Virus record (IMG/VR): IMGVR_UViG_3300025035_000063
Coordinates: 1-36,053 of that record
Source of the DNA: a virus
Lineage: Duplodnaviria > Caudoviricetes
Reading direction: 5' to 3' (one strand)
DNA: 36,053 nucleotides
The notes beneath the pieces were generated by a model that saw nothing but the letters and a program-made list of their open reading frames with translations, searched no databases and was not told where the DNA came from. Below, piece after piece: positions 16,866 through 26,617 of this stretch (its first letter is position 1; every line of letters starts with the position of its first letter). The position numbers were made by a program, and so were the translations under genes.

Positions 16866-18614
16866 ATGGGCATAAAACAAGCCGCCATGGACAAGGCAAC
16901 CGGGTTCTTCCGTGAATTCGAGAGCTCTGTATCCCCCGCGAGGGATATTTACGAGCCCACATGGGAAACAAACCTGTCATATTACCAGTCAGAGGAAATG
17001 AACCCAGACATCGTTGGCGCGAATCACCTTTTTGTACCCAAAACGAAGGCCCTTGTTGATGTATGGGTCGCAACGAATATGGCGAACCCGCCAAAGACGA
17101 AGGCGATACCCCGCAATGAGACGTCCATGACCTTCGCCTCCAATGTATCCCAGTTGGAGTCTTACGCCTACTCACAGCCTTCCTGCCGCCGCGCCCTCTG
17201 GGATGTTGGTTGGAGTACCGCTGTTTACGGTACCGGTATCGGGTTCATCTCGTGGCGCCTGAAGAAGAAAAAAATCCGAGTCCGTGAAACTGTGGAAGTA
17301 CCGGAATTAAACATAGAACAGCAGGAAGTTCTTGAAACTGAACGAGTTGTTGAGGACTTCCCTTCCCTTGAGTATGTGAATCTGTATGATTTTTGGCCTG
17401 ACCCCAAGGGTGTGTACGCCGATGAGTTCCGGTTCGCGTACCGGAAACGGGTGTACTCCGATGAGGTTTCCCTGAATATGTATCTCGATTTCTTCGACGC
17501 GAAGCTTCCGCCTGATGTCAGGTATAAGGATTTGTCGAACCAGAGCCAGACATCCTCGGCCTACTCAAGCGTATCACAATCCACTACTGTCGGTCGGTTC
17601 TATGATTACGACCTCGATGAAGTCACGGTCCTCGAACGGTGGAACAGCGACGGCACCCTCCAGATTGTCGTGGGCCAGTATATGGTATATGACGGCCCCA
17701 GCCCGTTTGACCATGGCGAGATACCCTTTGCCGTCTGCACAATCAACCGGAACGCCGATGAGTTCTACGGCAAGGGCATCCCTGAGATTTACAGACCCAT
17801 TCAGGAGGCCCTGAATAAAGAGGTCAACACGACACTGGACAATCTTGAGATTTCCTCCTATCCCATGGTCATCACGAAGACAAATTCGAGGCTATCCGCT
17901 TACGCCTCCATTTTTGAGCTTGGCCCCGGCGCCATTATCGAGGATGACGACCCGGCAGGTGTCCAGCAACTTCGTTTACAATCAGTATCTTACGACCATT
18001 TCAACATGTTCGGCATGCTGGAGCGTCTCGGTTCCGAGGCGGTGAGTATATCGGCCCCGATGATGGGGCAGGTGGCTCCGGGCACCTCAAAGACCGCGAC
18101 GGGTATCACCGCTTTGATTGATATGGGTCTTGCCCCGGCGAGGCTGACGCAGGTTCAATTTGATGTACTCTTTTTACGCCGCGTATCACGGCAGTTTTAT
18201 TACCTGTTCCAACAATACATGCCTGAAGAGTATATTTTTTCAATAATTGACGACTCAGAAGGGGCGAGGGTGATAAAGATGGAGCGGGGTATGATAGCCT
18301 CCGACTTCGATTTCGAGCCGGAAGCGGGTTCAATGAATTACATTGACAAGGCAACCCAGCGTCAGACTTGGATGTCCCTGTTGCAGATTGCCGGGGGTAT
18401 ACAGCAGACGATGCTACAGTCCAGCGGGAAGAAGATTGAGCTGGACCGTGTGTTCGCTCAACTCCTTGACGCGTTCGGAATCAAGAACCAGAAGGAATTC
18501 GTGGTGGAGGATAAGCAGTTTCTGATGCAGGCGAAGCAGATGGCTGACGAGCAGCAGCAACAACAGCAATTGCAGGCGATGCTTGGCGGTCAGATGGGGG
18601 TGCCCCAGCAATGA
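16866..18614 (+). CDS. Portal protein (P22/podovirus type)
   Basis: Follows terL; YGTGI, YDFWPDP, PFDHGEIPF, FYGKGI, KTATG motifs and Q-rich tail; GGAGG RBS. Confidence 0.9.
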   Translation: MGIKQAAMDKATGFFREFESSVSPARDIYEPTWETNLSYYQSEEMNPDIVGANHLFVPKTKALVDVWVATNMANPPKTKAIPRNETSMTFASNVSQLESYAYSQPSCRRALWDVGWSTAVYGTGIGFISWRLKKKKIRVRETVEVPELNIEQQEVLETERVVEDFPSLEYVNLYDFWPDPKGVYADEFRFAYRKRVYSDEVSLNMYLDFFDAKLPPDVRYKDLSNQSQTSSAYSSVSQSTTVGRFYDYDLDEVTVLERWNSDGTLQIVVGQYMVYDGPSPFDHGEIPFAVCTINRNADEFYGKGIPEIYRPIQEALNKEVNTTLDNLEISSYPMVITKTNSRLSAYASIFELGPGAIIEDDDPAGVQQLRLQSVSYDHFNMFGMLERLGSEAVSISAPMMGQVAPGTSKTATGITALIDMGLAPARLTQVQFDVLFLRRVSRQFYYLFQQYMPEEYIFSIIDDSEGARVIKMERGMIASDFDFEPEAGSMNYIDKATQRQTWMSLLQIAGGIQQTMLQSSGKKIELDRVFAQLLDAFGIKNQKEFVVEDKQFLMQAKQMADEQQQQQQLQAMLGGQMGVPQQ

Positions 18615-18979
18615 AGATACCAGCATTCGTGGCGAAGTTCGCGTATAACTTACTGAATAAATGGGTCATACAGGATGGTAGCGGTTCCTTCCCGTATCAT
18701 GAGGCTGTTATTGACAAGGACGATATGGCGAGGGAACTGATTGAGACGCATGAAATCCTGAAGAGGATACCGGACCCGATGATGGAAGCCATGCACAGGG
18801 TGGTTCACGCCTCCGCGATGGGAAGCACATTGGCGCTTTTTGGCCAGAAGGACAGAGAACAGTACCTGTTTGTGTCCGGCGAGGTGTCCGGTATGAGGAA
18901 GGCAATCAATGGAATTGAGAAAATAGCGAATATGGACGTTACGCCCCTTAAGAGGCGTATATTGAACAAGGGGGACTAA
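18611..18979 (+). CDS. Hypothetical protein between portal and scaffold
   Basis: ATGA coupling; position common in podoviruses. Confidence 0.7.
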   Translation: MKIPAFVAKFAYNLLNKWVIQDGSGSFPYHEAVIDKDDMARELIETHEILKRIPDPMMEAMHRVVHASAMGSTLALFGQKDREQYLFVSGEVSGMRKAINGIEKIANMDVTPLKRRILNKGD

Positions 18980-19747
18980 ATGACTGATATGAATGAAGAT
19001 TTCGTTATGAAACAGGACGCGGACACGGCATTGGGCAACCCGGCTGAGCCGGCCCCGGATGACGACGCGAATCCCGTTTTAACGAATGACGCGAAGCAGG
19101 CATCCGATGATTCTGATGGTTCGCTCCCTATAGTGCTACTGGATGACGGCACGGACGCAACTACGGACGGGCAAGGCGACACGCCCCCGGACGTAGACCG
19201 GCTCAGCCAGTTGGAAACATCATATCGTGAGATACAGTCGTATAATACGAAGTTGATGGATATGATGGACACTATTAGTGCGGAGAATCAGGAGCTGAAA
19301 TCGCTTATCAATGGCGATGACAGTAAGGAAGTTGCAGACCCGGAAGACGATAAGCCGCTGACAAGAAAGGAGTTGAAGGAGCTTTTATCCTCACCTGAAA
19401 TTATTCAGCGGTTTGAACAGACAAAACAAACCACGGCAAGGGATAAGTGGCAGGAGAGAATCGCATCGCAGATTAAGGCCTTGCAGGCGGTCGGGATTGC
19501 CCGGCCTGGAACCCGTGTGGCGAAGTACATGGATGAATTTTTCCAGACACACGGGGAATCACTCATCAACGATGATGACGCCGCGAGGAAGGCCCTTGAT
19601 TTCGCGAAGTCGAAGATGTCCTCAGCTCCACCCGCGCCGACGAAACAGACACCTCCAGCGTCTGGCGGCGGTTCAAGCGCGGCCCATAAGAAGAGCGAAG
19701 CCGGTAAGGAGATTGTTGGCACAGGCGCGGAGGCGTTCAGATTTTAG
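18980..19747 (+). CDS. Scaffolding protein
   Basis: Acidic disordered N-terminus, coiled coil, P/S/G-rich tail; directly before the capsid gene. Confidence 0.7.
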   Translation: MTDMNEDFVMKQDADTALGNPAEPAPDDDANPVLTNDAKQASDDSDGSLPIVLLDDGTDATTDGQGDTPPDVDRLSQLETSYREIQSYNTKLMDMMDTISAENQELKSLINGDDSKEVADPEDDKPLTRKELKELLSSPEIIQRFEQTKQTTARDKWQERIASQIKALQAVGIARPGTRVAKYMDEFFQTHGESLINDDDAARKALDFAKSKMSSAPPAPTKQTPPASGGGSSAAHKKSEAGKEIVGTGAEAFRF

Positions 19748-19756
19748 GAGTATATT

Positions 19757-20902
19757 ATGACGCAAATATCAGGAATGATACGGTCTGATAAGACCGAATC
19801 GTACAGAAAAAAGACAGCAATCAATGAGAATGTCATTGAGCAGGTAAAGAACATTGCCCGATTTTCGTATCTCTTGCGGAAGCTGGGCAAAAAGCCGGTT
19901 GATTACTGGCAATTCTACGTGCAGGAGAACCCGGACAGCACCCGCCACACCGCGGTAAACAATGCCGCCGGGTACGCTATCGGGGCAACGTCCGTTCTCG
20001 TGGACGACGCCTCCGTGTTCGGTGTGAATCAGCGGATTTGGAACATTTCCACGGATGACTACACTACCGTAACCGCGATTGATGCCGGCACCAACACACT
20101 TACAGTTGACGCGCTTATAGCCGCGTGGGTTGACAACGATGTTCTGGTCGGTCTCGCTCAGGGTGTCCCGGAGGGCGGTACTATCCAGAACATGCCGTTC
20201 CATGAGCTTTCGACAGCGTACAACTACACTCAGCAGATTGTTCGCACTATCCCGATTTCATGGCGTGAACAAATTGCACCGAAATACGGCCCGGACGAAC
20301 TGGCGCTCCGACGGAAACAGGCGTTTAACCTCTTCTACGAGGACATCGAGCTCCAGCTTCTGTTTGGAGATTTGAAGACCAAGTCCGGAAGTGACGGTAC
20401 CGTAACGACTTATACAGCTGGCGTCGAGAACGTAGTTACCACTCAGTCTCTCGCGGCGGCAGCCGGTTCAGTAACGGAATCGGCGTTTGTCGGCTTTCTC
20501 CAGGACCTGGCATATTACGGGTCACAGGAGTTTATCCTCCTGGACGGGGGGCCGCTCATGTCACAAATTGCCACATACGCGATGAATGACCGGGTTGTTG
20601 AGAACAAGACATTGACCGGTATGCTGGGCACTAAGGTCACTATGTACGAGAGCACGTTTGGCCGGGTAAATTTTGTTTACCACCCGCTTATGGCGAAGGT
20701 GTATTCGAAGCTGACGACTCCGACCTATAAGGCCTTCCTTATCCCGATGCAGGACGCCGGACTCGCTATATATCGTGACCAGATGCACTTAAGCGACATC
20801 TCTGACAATGACACCACGGCGAACACGGAAGCGTGGTTCATTGATTGCGGTCTGTGGTATTCACGGGAACCGAGCTGGGGCGTTATTACGGGCATCCAGT
20901 AA
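19757..20902 (+). CDS. Major capsid protein (DUF5309/SU10-like, with beta insertion domain)
   Basis: PEG, YNYTQ, IELQLLFG, YESTFGRV motifs; AGGAG RBS; hairpin downstream. Confidence 0.85.
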   Translation: MTQISGMIRSDKTESYRKKTAINENVIEQVKNIARFSYLLRKLGKKPVDYWQFYVQENPDSTRHTAVNNAAGYAIGATSVLVDDASVFGVNQRIWNISTDDYTTVTAIDAGTNTLTVDALIAAWVDNDVLVGLAQGVPEGGTIQNMPFHELSTAYNYTQQIVRTIPISWREQIAPKYGPDELALRRKQAFNLFYEDIELQLLFGDLKTKSGSDGTVTTYTAGVENVVTTQSLAAAAGSVTESAFVGFLQDLAYYGSQEFILLDGGPLMSQIATYAMNDRVVENKTLTGMLGTKVTMYESTFGRVNFVYHPLMAKVYSKLTTPTYKAFLIPMQDAGLAIYRDQMHLSDISDNDTTANTEAWFIDCGLWYSREPSWGVITGIQ

Positions 20903-20914
20903 CGATAGTTTAAC

Positions 20915-20942
20915 GGGGGGGGTGATTACGCCCCCCCCATTT
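20915..20942 (+). terminator. Probable leaky intrinsic terminator after the capsid gene
   Basis: G8-TGATTACG-C8 hairpin with a short ATTT tail. Confidence 0.6.
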
Positions 20943-20959
20943 ACCGAAAAGGAGAAAAC

Positions 20960-21331
20960 ATGCTATACAAGTGGAAAGGGTACAAACGGCCTCAGATAGA
21001 GATGGAACCGCCAAAATGGGAGGGGGGAAGGATATTAAGCCCCCGGAAGGTAATCAAGTTCGGCCCTTTGCTGAATACGGCAATTGACGGTAAGAAGGTG
21101 CGTTTTGACGCGAATGCCGGGTATCTCGATACTGATGAAAAAAATGTGTGGGAATTTATTGAGAGTTTGCCGGATTTCAAAAGGGGGATTATCCAGAAGA
21201 TTTCGTTCAGGAAAGAGGCGGTATTCGTTGAATCGCCGGTTGAGGAGGTGTCTGAATCCCCCGTGCCGGCTGATTCCAAAAAGGCGGTCGCCGAAAAGAG
21301 GAAACCAGTCAACTCAGTCAAGGACTTGTGA
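20960..21331 (+). CDS. Hypothetical head-associated protein
   Basis: AAGGAG RBS; position after the capsid gene. Confidence 0.65.
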   Translation: MLYKWKGYKRPQIEMEPPKWEGGRILSPRKVIKFGPLLNTAIDGKKVRFDANAGYLDTDEKNVWEFIESLPDFKRGIIQKISFRKEAVFVESPVEEVSESPVPADSKKAVAEKRKPVNSVKDL

Positions 21332-21342
21332 CATAGGAGTCA

Positions 21343-21924
21343 GTGGTGCAATTATCAGAAATGTTGGCGGCGGTTCGGAACAACCTGAACGAGGTCGGTA
21401 TTACGGAGATGTTCTCGGACAGTGACATCACAGAATGGCTGAACGCCGGCACGAAGCTTGCGGCAAGGGTACTTCCGCCGCAACTGTTAATTGATTTGCA
21501 GAAAGTAGTTACCGGCTCAAACACTTATGTGGGATTGCCCGATGACTTTTTTCTACCCGTTCAGCTTTTGCTTGGATCAAGGCGTGTACCTATCATTGGC
21601 CCATCGGATGGGGGCCATGACCCCGGCCAGGACTTCGCGTTGTTTGACACCTATGGCCTGATGTGGGGCTATACTATCAAGTTCTATCCGGAGGAACCCG
21701 CAGGGTACGTGTTCTATTATCTCGCTACGCCAAGGGATATGAGCATATGGATTGGCGAACCGGGTTCGGGCGAATCAACTGACGTACCGGGTATCCCGGA
21801 AGCATACCATTATGCGCTGGTGTGTTACGCCACCTATATGGGGGCGTCAAAGGATAGGATGTTGCGGACACAATATCTTGCGATGTTCCGAGAGATACTG
21901 GGGGAGGCAAATGAACGCGCGTGA
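21343..21924 (+). CDS. Head-tail adaptor protein 1
   Basis: FSDSDITEWLN, LPDDF, IPEAYHYALVCYA adaptor-like pattern. Confidence 0.7.
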   Translation: MVQLSEMLAAVRNNLNEVGITEMFSDSDITEWLNAGTKLAARVLPPQLLIDLQKVVTGSNTYVGLPDDFFLPVQLLLGSRRVPIIGPSDGGHDPGQDFALFDTYGLMWGYTIKFYPEEPAGYVFYYLATPRDMSIWIGEPGSGESTDVPGIPEAYHYALVCYATYMGASKDRMLRTQYLAMFREILGEANERA

Positions 21925-22495
21925 AATGATTGAAGCTGTTCTCTCCAGGGTCGGCGGTGACGCGACATCATTCCCGCGCCATGTTATCGCGATGCGAATC
22001 AATTCCGTTATGAAGGAATTTGCCCGTTTCTTCCGCGATACGTTCATGACCACCGCCACCGGTACTGTAACGGCAGGCTCAACCACAATCACTATCCCCA
22101 CTGATTGCAAGGAGATTGTGTCGCTCCAGATAGGTGATTATATGTGGTATCCAATCCCGCCGGTTGACAGGGCGAATACCTACGCGGATGAGCGTGTGTA
22201 CTGGGTGCTGGGCGGGGGTATTAACCTCCGGTATTCGACTGGTTCTTCAGCGTCTTACACACTGACCTATTTGAAGATGGTGACAGATATTACTGATAAC
22301 ACTTCTGAAATTGAGTTCCCGGAACATACACGCGAGTTTGTTGTGACGATTGTGGCCTCCCGTCTATCCCCAAAGATGGTTGACCCGTATGAAGTCAGAA
22401 TGGCTCTGGATGGTCTTCGGATGGATAGCGGGGTACAGCCGGTTATGAAACGGTTGCGCGCGCGTTCCATGCGGGATGGATATGTCCGCAGTTGA
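21911..22495 (+). CDS. Head-tail adaptor protein 2
   Basis: Start re-assigned to ATG 21911 (GGAGG RBS); ITIPTD, LTY, EFPE pattern parallel to adaptor 1. Confidence 0.65.
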   Translation: MNAREMIEAVLSRVGGDATSFPRHVIAMRINSVMKEFARFFRDTFMTTATGTVTAGSTTITIPTDCKEIVSLQIGDYMWYPIPPVDRANTYADERVYWVLGGGINLRYSTGSSASYTLTYLKMVTDITDNTSEIEFPEHTREFVVTIVASRLSPKMVDPYEVRMALDGLRMDSGVQPVMKRLRARSMRDGYVRS

Positions 22496-24431
22496 CCGGG
22501 AAGAGGCTCGCAGAAGCTATATACAGCTGATTGGGGACAAGACCGCAATTGTCTCTAACGCTTCGGAGAATGTCGCCCCCCATGAAGTGGCTTACGATAT
22601 TGTCAATTTCATACCGGATAAAGTGGGCCAGCTTCGTAAGATACCCATCGGGTTCTATCGGCGTCAGTTTCCGGATAATATCGCGAAGATTATTTCATTC
22701 CATGAGAAACAGGCATCAAGATTACTCGTATCACTGGATAATGGCGCACTGTACACCCTGCTGAACCAGACAGCTACTCAGTTGACATTTCCCAGCCAGA
22801 CCCCACTGGTGCATTCCGCTACTGACGAGCCAACCGTAATTGAGGATTACTTCGTCTACCGGAATAAGCTGTTCCTCGCTACCGGAACACATGTGAACTA
22901 TGTTTATAACGGCTCCTCTCTCACGCTATGGGGTCAGGACGGCGCTATTGAGCCCGTGGACGTGTCAGATATCGTTTCGTATGCGTATGTGTCTCCTACG
23001 GCAATTTTGGCGGGCACAGTGACCATACCGTCTACCGATAACGGGTTTTGCTATGAGGTTACAACCGCCGGCACCACATCAGGGACAGAACCTGACTGGC
23101 CCACCACGGTAGGCGGCACAGTTTTGGATGGGATGGTTACGTGGACGTGTAAATCAGCGGTTACGCTCAGTGACGCGATGACAACCCATGTAAATTACAT
23201 TGTGACATGGTGGGATGGACAGTGCGAGTCCAATCCCTCATACCCATGTGCTAATACAGCCCAGCCAACGAACGCTCTTGCCGCTGTCACGCTCAGCACG
23301 GGCGGGGCTAATGTTGAGCAGATAAGGGTATACCGGTACGAGTCAGAGACGAAAACATACCGCCTTGTTAAGGGCCTTGATAAAGGTACTTATGGCATAT
23401 CTGATGATTCAACATACGTGTTCGTTGATGTTATCAGTGAGAACAGCTTAGGCGACGAGGTGGAATATGATAACGACCTGCCGCCCCGTGTGTCGAATGT
23501 TGCCGTATTCGCGAATCGTGCATGGGGAGCCGGGGATAAGCACAATCCGAATCGGCTCTATTACTCAAAACTGGAGAATCCCTACGCGTGGCCGAATTAT
23601 ATCGAGGTGGAGGATAGGTCAGGGGATGAGATTATCGGGCTTGTCCCTTTGAAAACGGAGTTGCTCATATTCAAGAAATTCTCAACCCATGTCCTTACCG
23701 GCTTCTCGGAAGACACATTCAGCGTAAAGGAGCTGTTCCCGGCTGGCGCGTATTCGAAGAGCTCTATAGTTACGGCAAACGATAGTGTATTTTTCCTCTC
23801 CCGTGATGGGTTCTATGTTACAGACGGAATGTCTGTCCGTAAAATCAGCAGTGAGATTGAGGACCATTTCAGGAGAGAGAATATATGGACAATGCAATAT
23901 ACAACATCCCTCTATGTTCCACAGTTCAACGGGATATACTGGAATATCTCTAAGCCATTCGATTCGGCAGGCGGGGTAACGTGGATATACTTGCCTGACA
24001 GGCATCAATGGTTCCGAACAACGATGGGTATTACGGACGGTGTCGTCATGGACGGCGAAGCGTATCTTGCTTTGACTGACACTGTCTATCAGATGGTTGA
24101 TACCGGGTATCCGACCGTGCAGTCTGTATATGAGACACATGACCTGCCATTGTCCACATCCACGGACAAGGCTATCGTCCGTCATGTCAGCGTCACAGGC
24201 GGCGGTATGGAGATTGGTACGCTAATTTACTTGTATTATAAAGCGGATTTCTCAGAATCATGGTCTTTGCTTGGGTCTGTGACTATTACCGCGGAGCAGG
24301 AGACCCATCGCGTTTCCTGTAACATCCACTGCAACTATTTGAAGTTGAAGCTGGAACATACCGGTGGCCTGAAGAGATTAGTTCAAATCACACTTGAAAC
24401 AATGTATAAACGTCTTGAGCCGCATGAATAG
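22476..24431 (+). CDS. Tail nozzle / DNA-stabilisation protein (P22 gp10 / tubular protein B-like)
   Basis: Beta-propeller motifs FANRAW, NRLYYS, GDEIIGL, LLIFK, VFFLSRDG, KISSEI. Confidence 0.8.
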   Translation: MDMSAVDREEARRSYIQLIGDKTAIVSNASENVAPHEVAYDIVNFIPDKVGQLRKIPIGFYRRQFPDNIAKIISFHEKQASRLLVSLDNGALYTLLNQTATQLTFPSQTPLVHSATDEPTVIEDYFVYRNKLFLATGTHVNYVYNGSSLTLWGQDGAIEPVDVSDIVSYAYVSPTAILAGTVTIPSTDNGFCYEVTTAGTTSGTEPDWPTTVGGTVLDGMVTWTCKSAVTLSDAMTTHVNYIVTWWDGQCESNPSYPCANTAQPTNALAAVTLSTGGANVEQIRVYRYESETKTYRLVKGLDKGTYGISDDSTYVFVDVISENSLGDEVEYDNDLPPRVSNVAVFANRAWGAGDKHNPNRLYYSKLENPYAWPNYIEVEDRSGDEIIGLVPLKTELLIFKKFSTHVLTGFSEDTFSVKELFPAGAYSKSSIVTANDSVFFLSRDGFYVTDGMSVRKISSEIEDHFRRENIWTMQYTTSLYVPQFNGIYWNISKPFDSAGGVTWIYLPDRHQWFRTTMGITDGVVMDGEAYLALTDTVYQMVDTGYPTVQSVYETHDLPLSTSTDKAIVRHVSVTGGGMEIGTLIYLYYKADFSESWSLLGSVTITAEQETHRVSCNIHCNYLKLKLEHTGGLKRLVQITLETMYKRLEPHE

Positions 24432-24442
24432 GAGGCTGTAAC

Positions 24443-25021
24443 ATGGCACTGTTTACGAACAATATCACGTCTGGGAGCACAATGGCAGATGTAGCCGCGC
24501 AGTTCTCCACTTGGGCGGCGAACATGACGCAGCTGACAGTCGCGGACAATTTCACTGGCAGTTTTTCCGCCAACATTTCAAATATTGTGAATGGTTTATC
24601 CGCGCTTGGCGGTACACTGTCCGGTAATCTCGCCTGCGATTCAGGGATACTGATTGACGGGCAAGATGTATCCGAGTTGGGGGACCGTGTTGATGTGATT
24701 AAGTCAGTGGTAGACAATGATTCCCTGACGAAGGACGATATTATTGTCATAGGTGGCACCGGGGCGAATGGGGATGACCTGTACTCAGTGTTCACAGCCG
24801 CATATCCGACATACTCCACAACCACGCATAATATTTATTATTCAATTACCGGGTTCCAGTTCACGCCTCTGACGAGTACGGACGCGAATTATACAGTTGG
24901 CAATTTCAGCGCGTATTGTAATGGTTCTGTTATCGTCATGTCTGGCACTGACAGGAATGGATTGAGCATATTAACGTCAGATTTGGTGGCATACTACCGT
25001 ATTCTGGCAATCACGAAGTAA
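24443..25021 (+). CDS. Putative tail structural protein
   Basis: GGAGG RBS; LSALGGTLSGNL fibre-like motif; position. Confidence 0.55.
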   Translation: MALFTNNITSGSTMADVAAQFSTWAANMTQLTVADNFTGSFSANISNIVNGLSALGGTLSGNLACDSGILIDGQDVSELGDRVDVIKSVVDNDSLTKDDIIVIGGTGANGDDLYSVFTAAYPTYSTTTHNIYYSITGFQFTPLTSTDANYTVGNFSAYCNGSVIVMSGTDRNGLSILTSDLVAYYRILAITK

Positions 25022-25033
25022 GGGGGTGGCACG

Positions 25034-25801
25034 ATGGGATTCTTCTCGAATTTATTGAGCACCGCAGCCCCGGTAGTTGGCGGCTTACTCGGCGGTGCGC
25101 CCGGTGCGGCTATCGGTGGCCTTGCCGGTGGATTGCTTGGCGGTTCCCCGTACAAGTTCACAGTACCTGATATTTCCGGTAGGTACAATGAATTAAGCCC
25201 TCAGATACAGGCTATCATCTCCCAGTTACAGCAGGGCGGTCTCGACACACGGCCATACGATGCCATGAGGAAGAACAACGAGCTTGGCGCGTTTAACACG
25301 GCGAAGAGAATGAATGAGGTTCTGAACCAGAACCTTTCAGCCCGGGGGCTGTCAAATTCGTCTATTAGGACGAGCGGGAATCAGGGCATATACGCGAAGG
25401 CTCTGGCTGATATGGCCACGCGGATGGCGCAGATTGACGCTCAGCAGGCTCAGGCTGAGAACGCTGACCGGTTACAGCGGAGCGGCATGTCATTATCAGC
25501 TATTCAGAACCTCTTGCGTTCCGGTACGAACCTCGACGCGAACGCGGGTAAATTAGCTCTTTCCGCGCAGGGGATGAATTATGGAGCGGAAGGCGATTAC
25601 AGCAATCTCCTTAGTTCCCTTGGCGCGTTCGCAGGGCAATCCGGCTGGCTTGACAAGCTGAGGCAACTCCTCGGTGGGGGCGGTGGCGGTGGTTCCGCTG
25701 ACACCTCATCCCTGTTTAACAATTCAGATTGGATGAGACGGCTGTTGAGCGGGAGCCCGGGGCTGACAACGCAGTACAGCTTCGGCGGGGGTACCCCGTG
25801 A
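25034..25801 (+). CDS. Ejection (DNA pilot) protein 1
   Basis: Gly-zipper N-terminus GGLLGGAPGAAIGG, LSARGLSNSS motif, Q/A-rich helices. Confidence 0.7.
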   Translation: MGFFSNLLSTAAPVVGGLLGGAPGAAIGGLAGGLLGGSPYKFTVPDISGRYNELSPQIQAIISQLQQGGLDTRPYDAMRKNNELGAFNTAKRMNEVLNQNLSARGLSNSSIRTSGNQGIYAKALADMATRMAQIDAQQAQAENADRLQRSGMSLSAIQNLLRSGTNLDANAGKLALSAQGMNYGAEGDYSNLLSSLGAFAGQSGWLDKLRQLLGGGGGGGSADTSSLFNNSDWMRRLLSGSPGLTTQYSFGGGTP

Positions 25802-26610
25802 ACAGCAGAATAGCCCTTGCTTCCTTGAGCGGGCTCTTGCGAGGCAATCAGCAGTATAAGCAGCAGCAGGAACAGGACGCGTGGCGCGAGCAACTTTTCA
25901 ATACGCAAGAGGATTGGCGCAATAAGCAGTTTGACTCGTTGCAGGAATGGAGGGATAAGACATTCAAGGCGGGGCGTGAGGACAGACAACGAGAATGGGA
26001 TTATAAAAACACAATAGACCCGGAGGCTACGGCGATTAAGAAACTGTCTGTAATCAGCGCGGCTTTCCAGTTGGCGAGGAATGGTGTACCGCCTAATGTA
26101 ATATCCAAATTATTTAGTGGTACTCGATTTAGTGGCGACCTAACCGAGGAAAATATTGCCAAGTTCATTAAATCAAGTGATGAGATTGAGAGTAAAAAGG
26201 AACAGGCTAAATTACAGCGCATGCGCGAAATGGCACAAGCTCAAGCTGATAGATGGCTTGAATATCAGCGTAACAAGCCTGACAAATCGGGACAAGGTAA
26301 ATTGACAAATTTAATCGGGTTACAAATGTCATCCCTTTTGAAGACGGTTAATGGAGGGCATTTTGACCCAAACGACCCGAATTCTAAGGCTACAATCGCA
26401 AGTATAGAAGCCGCGCTGAAGTACGCGGAGAACGCGGATGGTATGACGACGGAGCAAAAGCAGTTTATAGGTGCGCAGAGGCAGGCGTTTAACGCTCTTA
26501 TCCAGGAATTAGCTGATACCGTTAGACCCGAACCAGACACAACCACACCTACTAAGGAATTGGAATGGAAAAAGCTATCTGACGAAACTAATATCTTCCA
26601 GCGGAGGTGA
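25798..26610 (+). CDS. Ejection protein 2
   Basis: GTGA overlap at 25798; helical Q/E/K-rich protein between the pilot and the large internal protein. Confidence 0.6.
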   Translation: MNSRIALASLSGLLRGNQQYKQQQEQDAWREQLFNTQEDWRNKQFDSLQEWRDKTFKAGREDRQREWDYKNTIDPEATAIKKLSVISAAFQLARNGVPPNVISKLFSGTRFSGDLTEENIAKFIKSSDEIESKKEQAKLQRMREMAQAQADRWLEYQRNKPDKSGQGKLTNLIGLQMSSLLKTVNGGHFDPNDPNSKATIASIEAALKYAENADGMTTEQKQFIGAQRQAFNALIQELADTVRPEPDTTTPTKELEWKKLSDETNIFQRR

Positions 26611-26617
26611 CGACACG

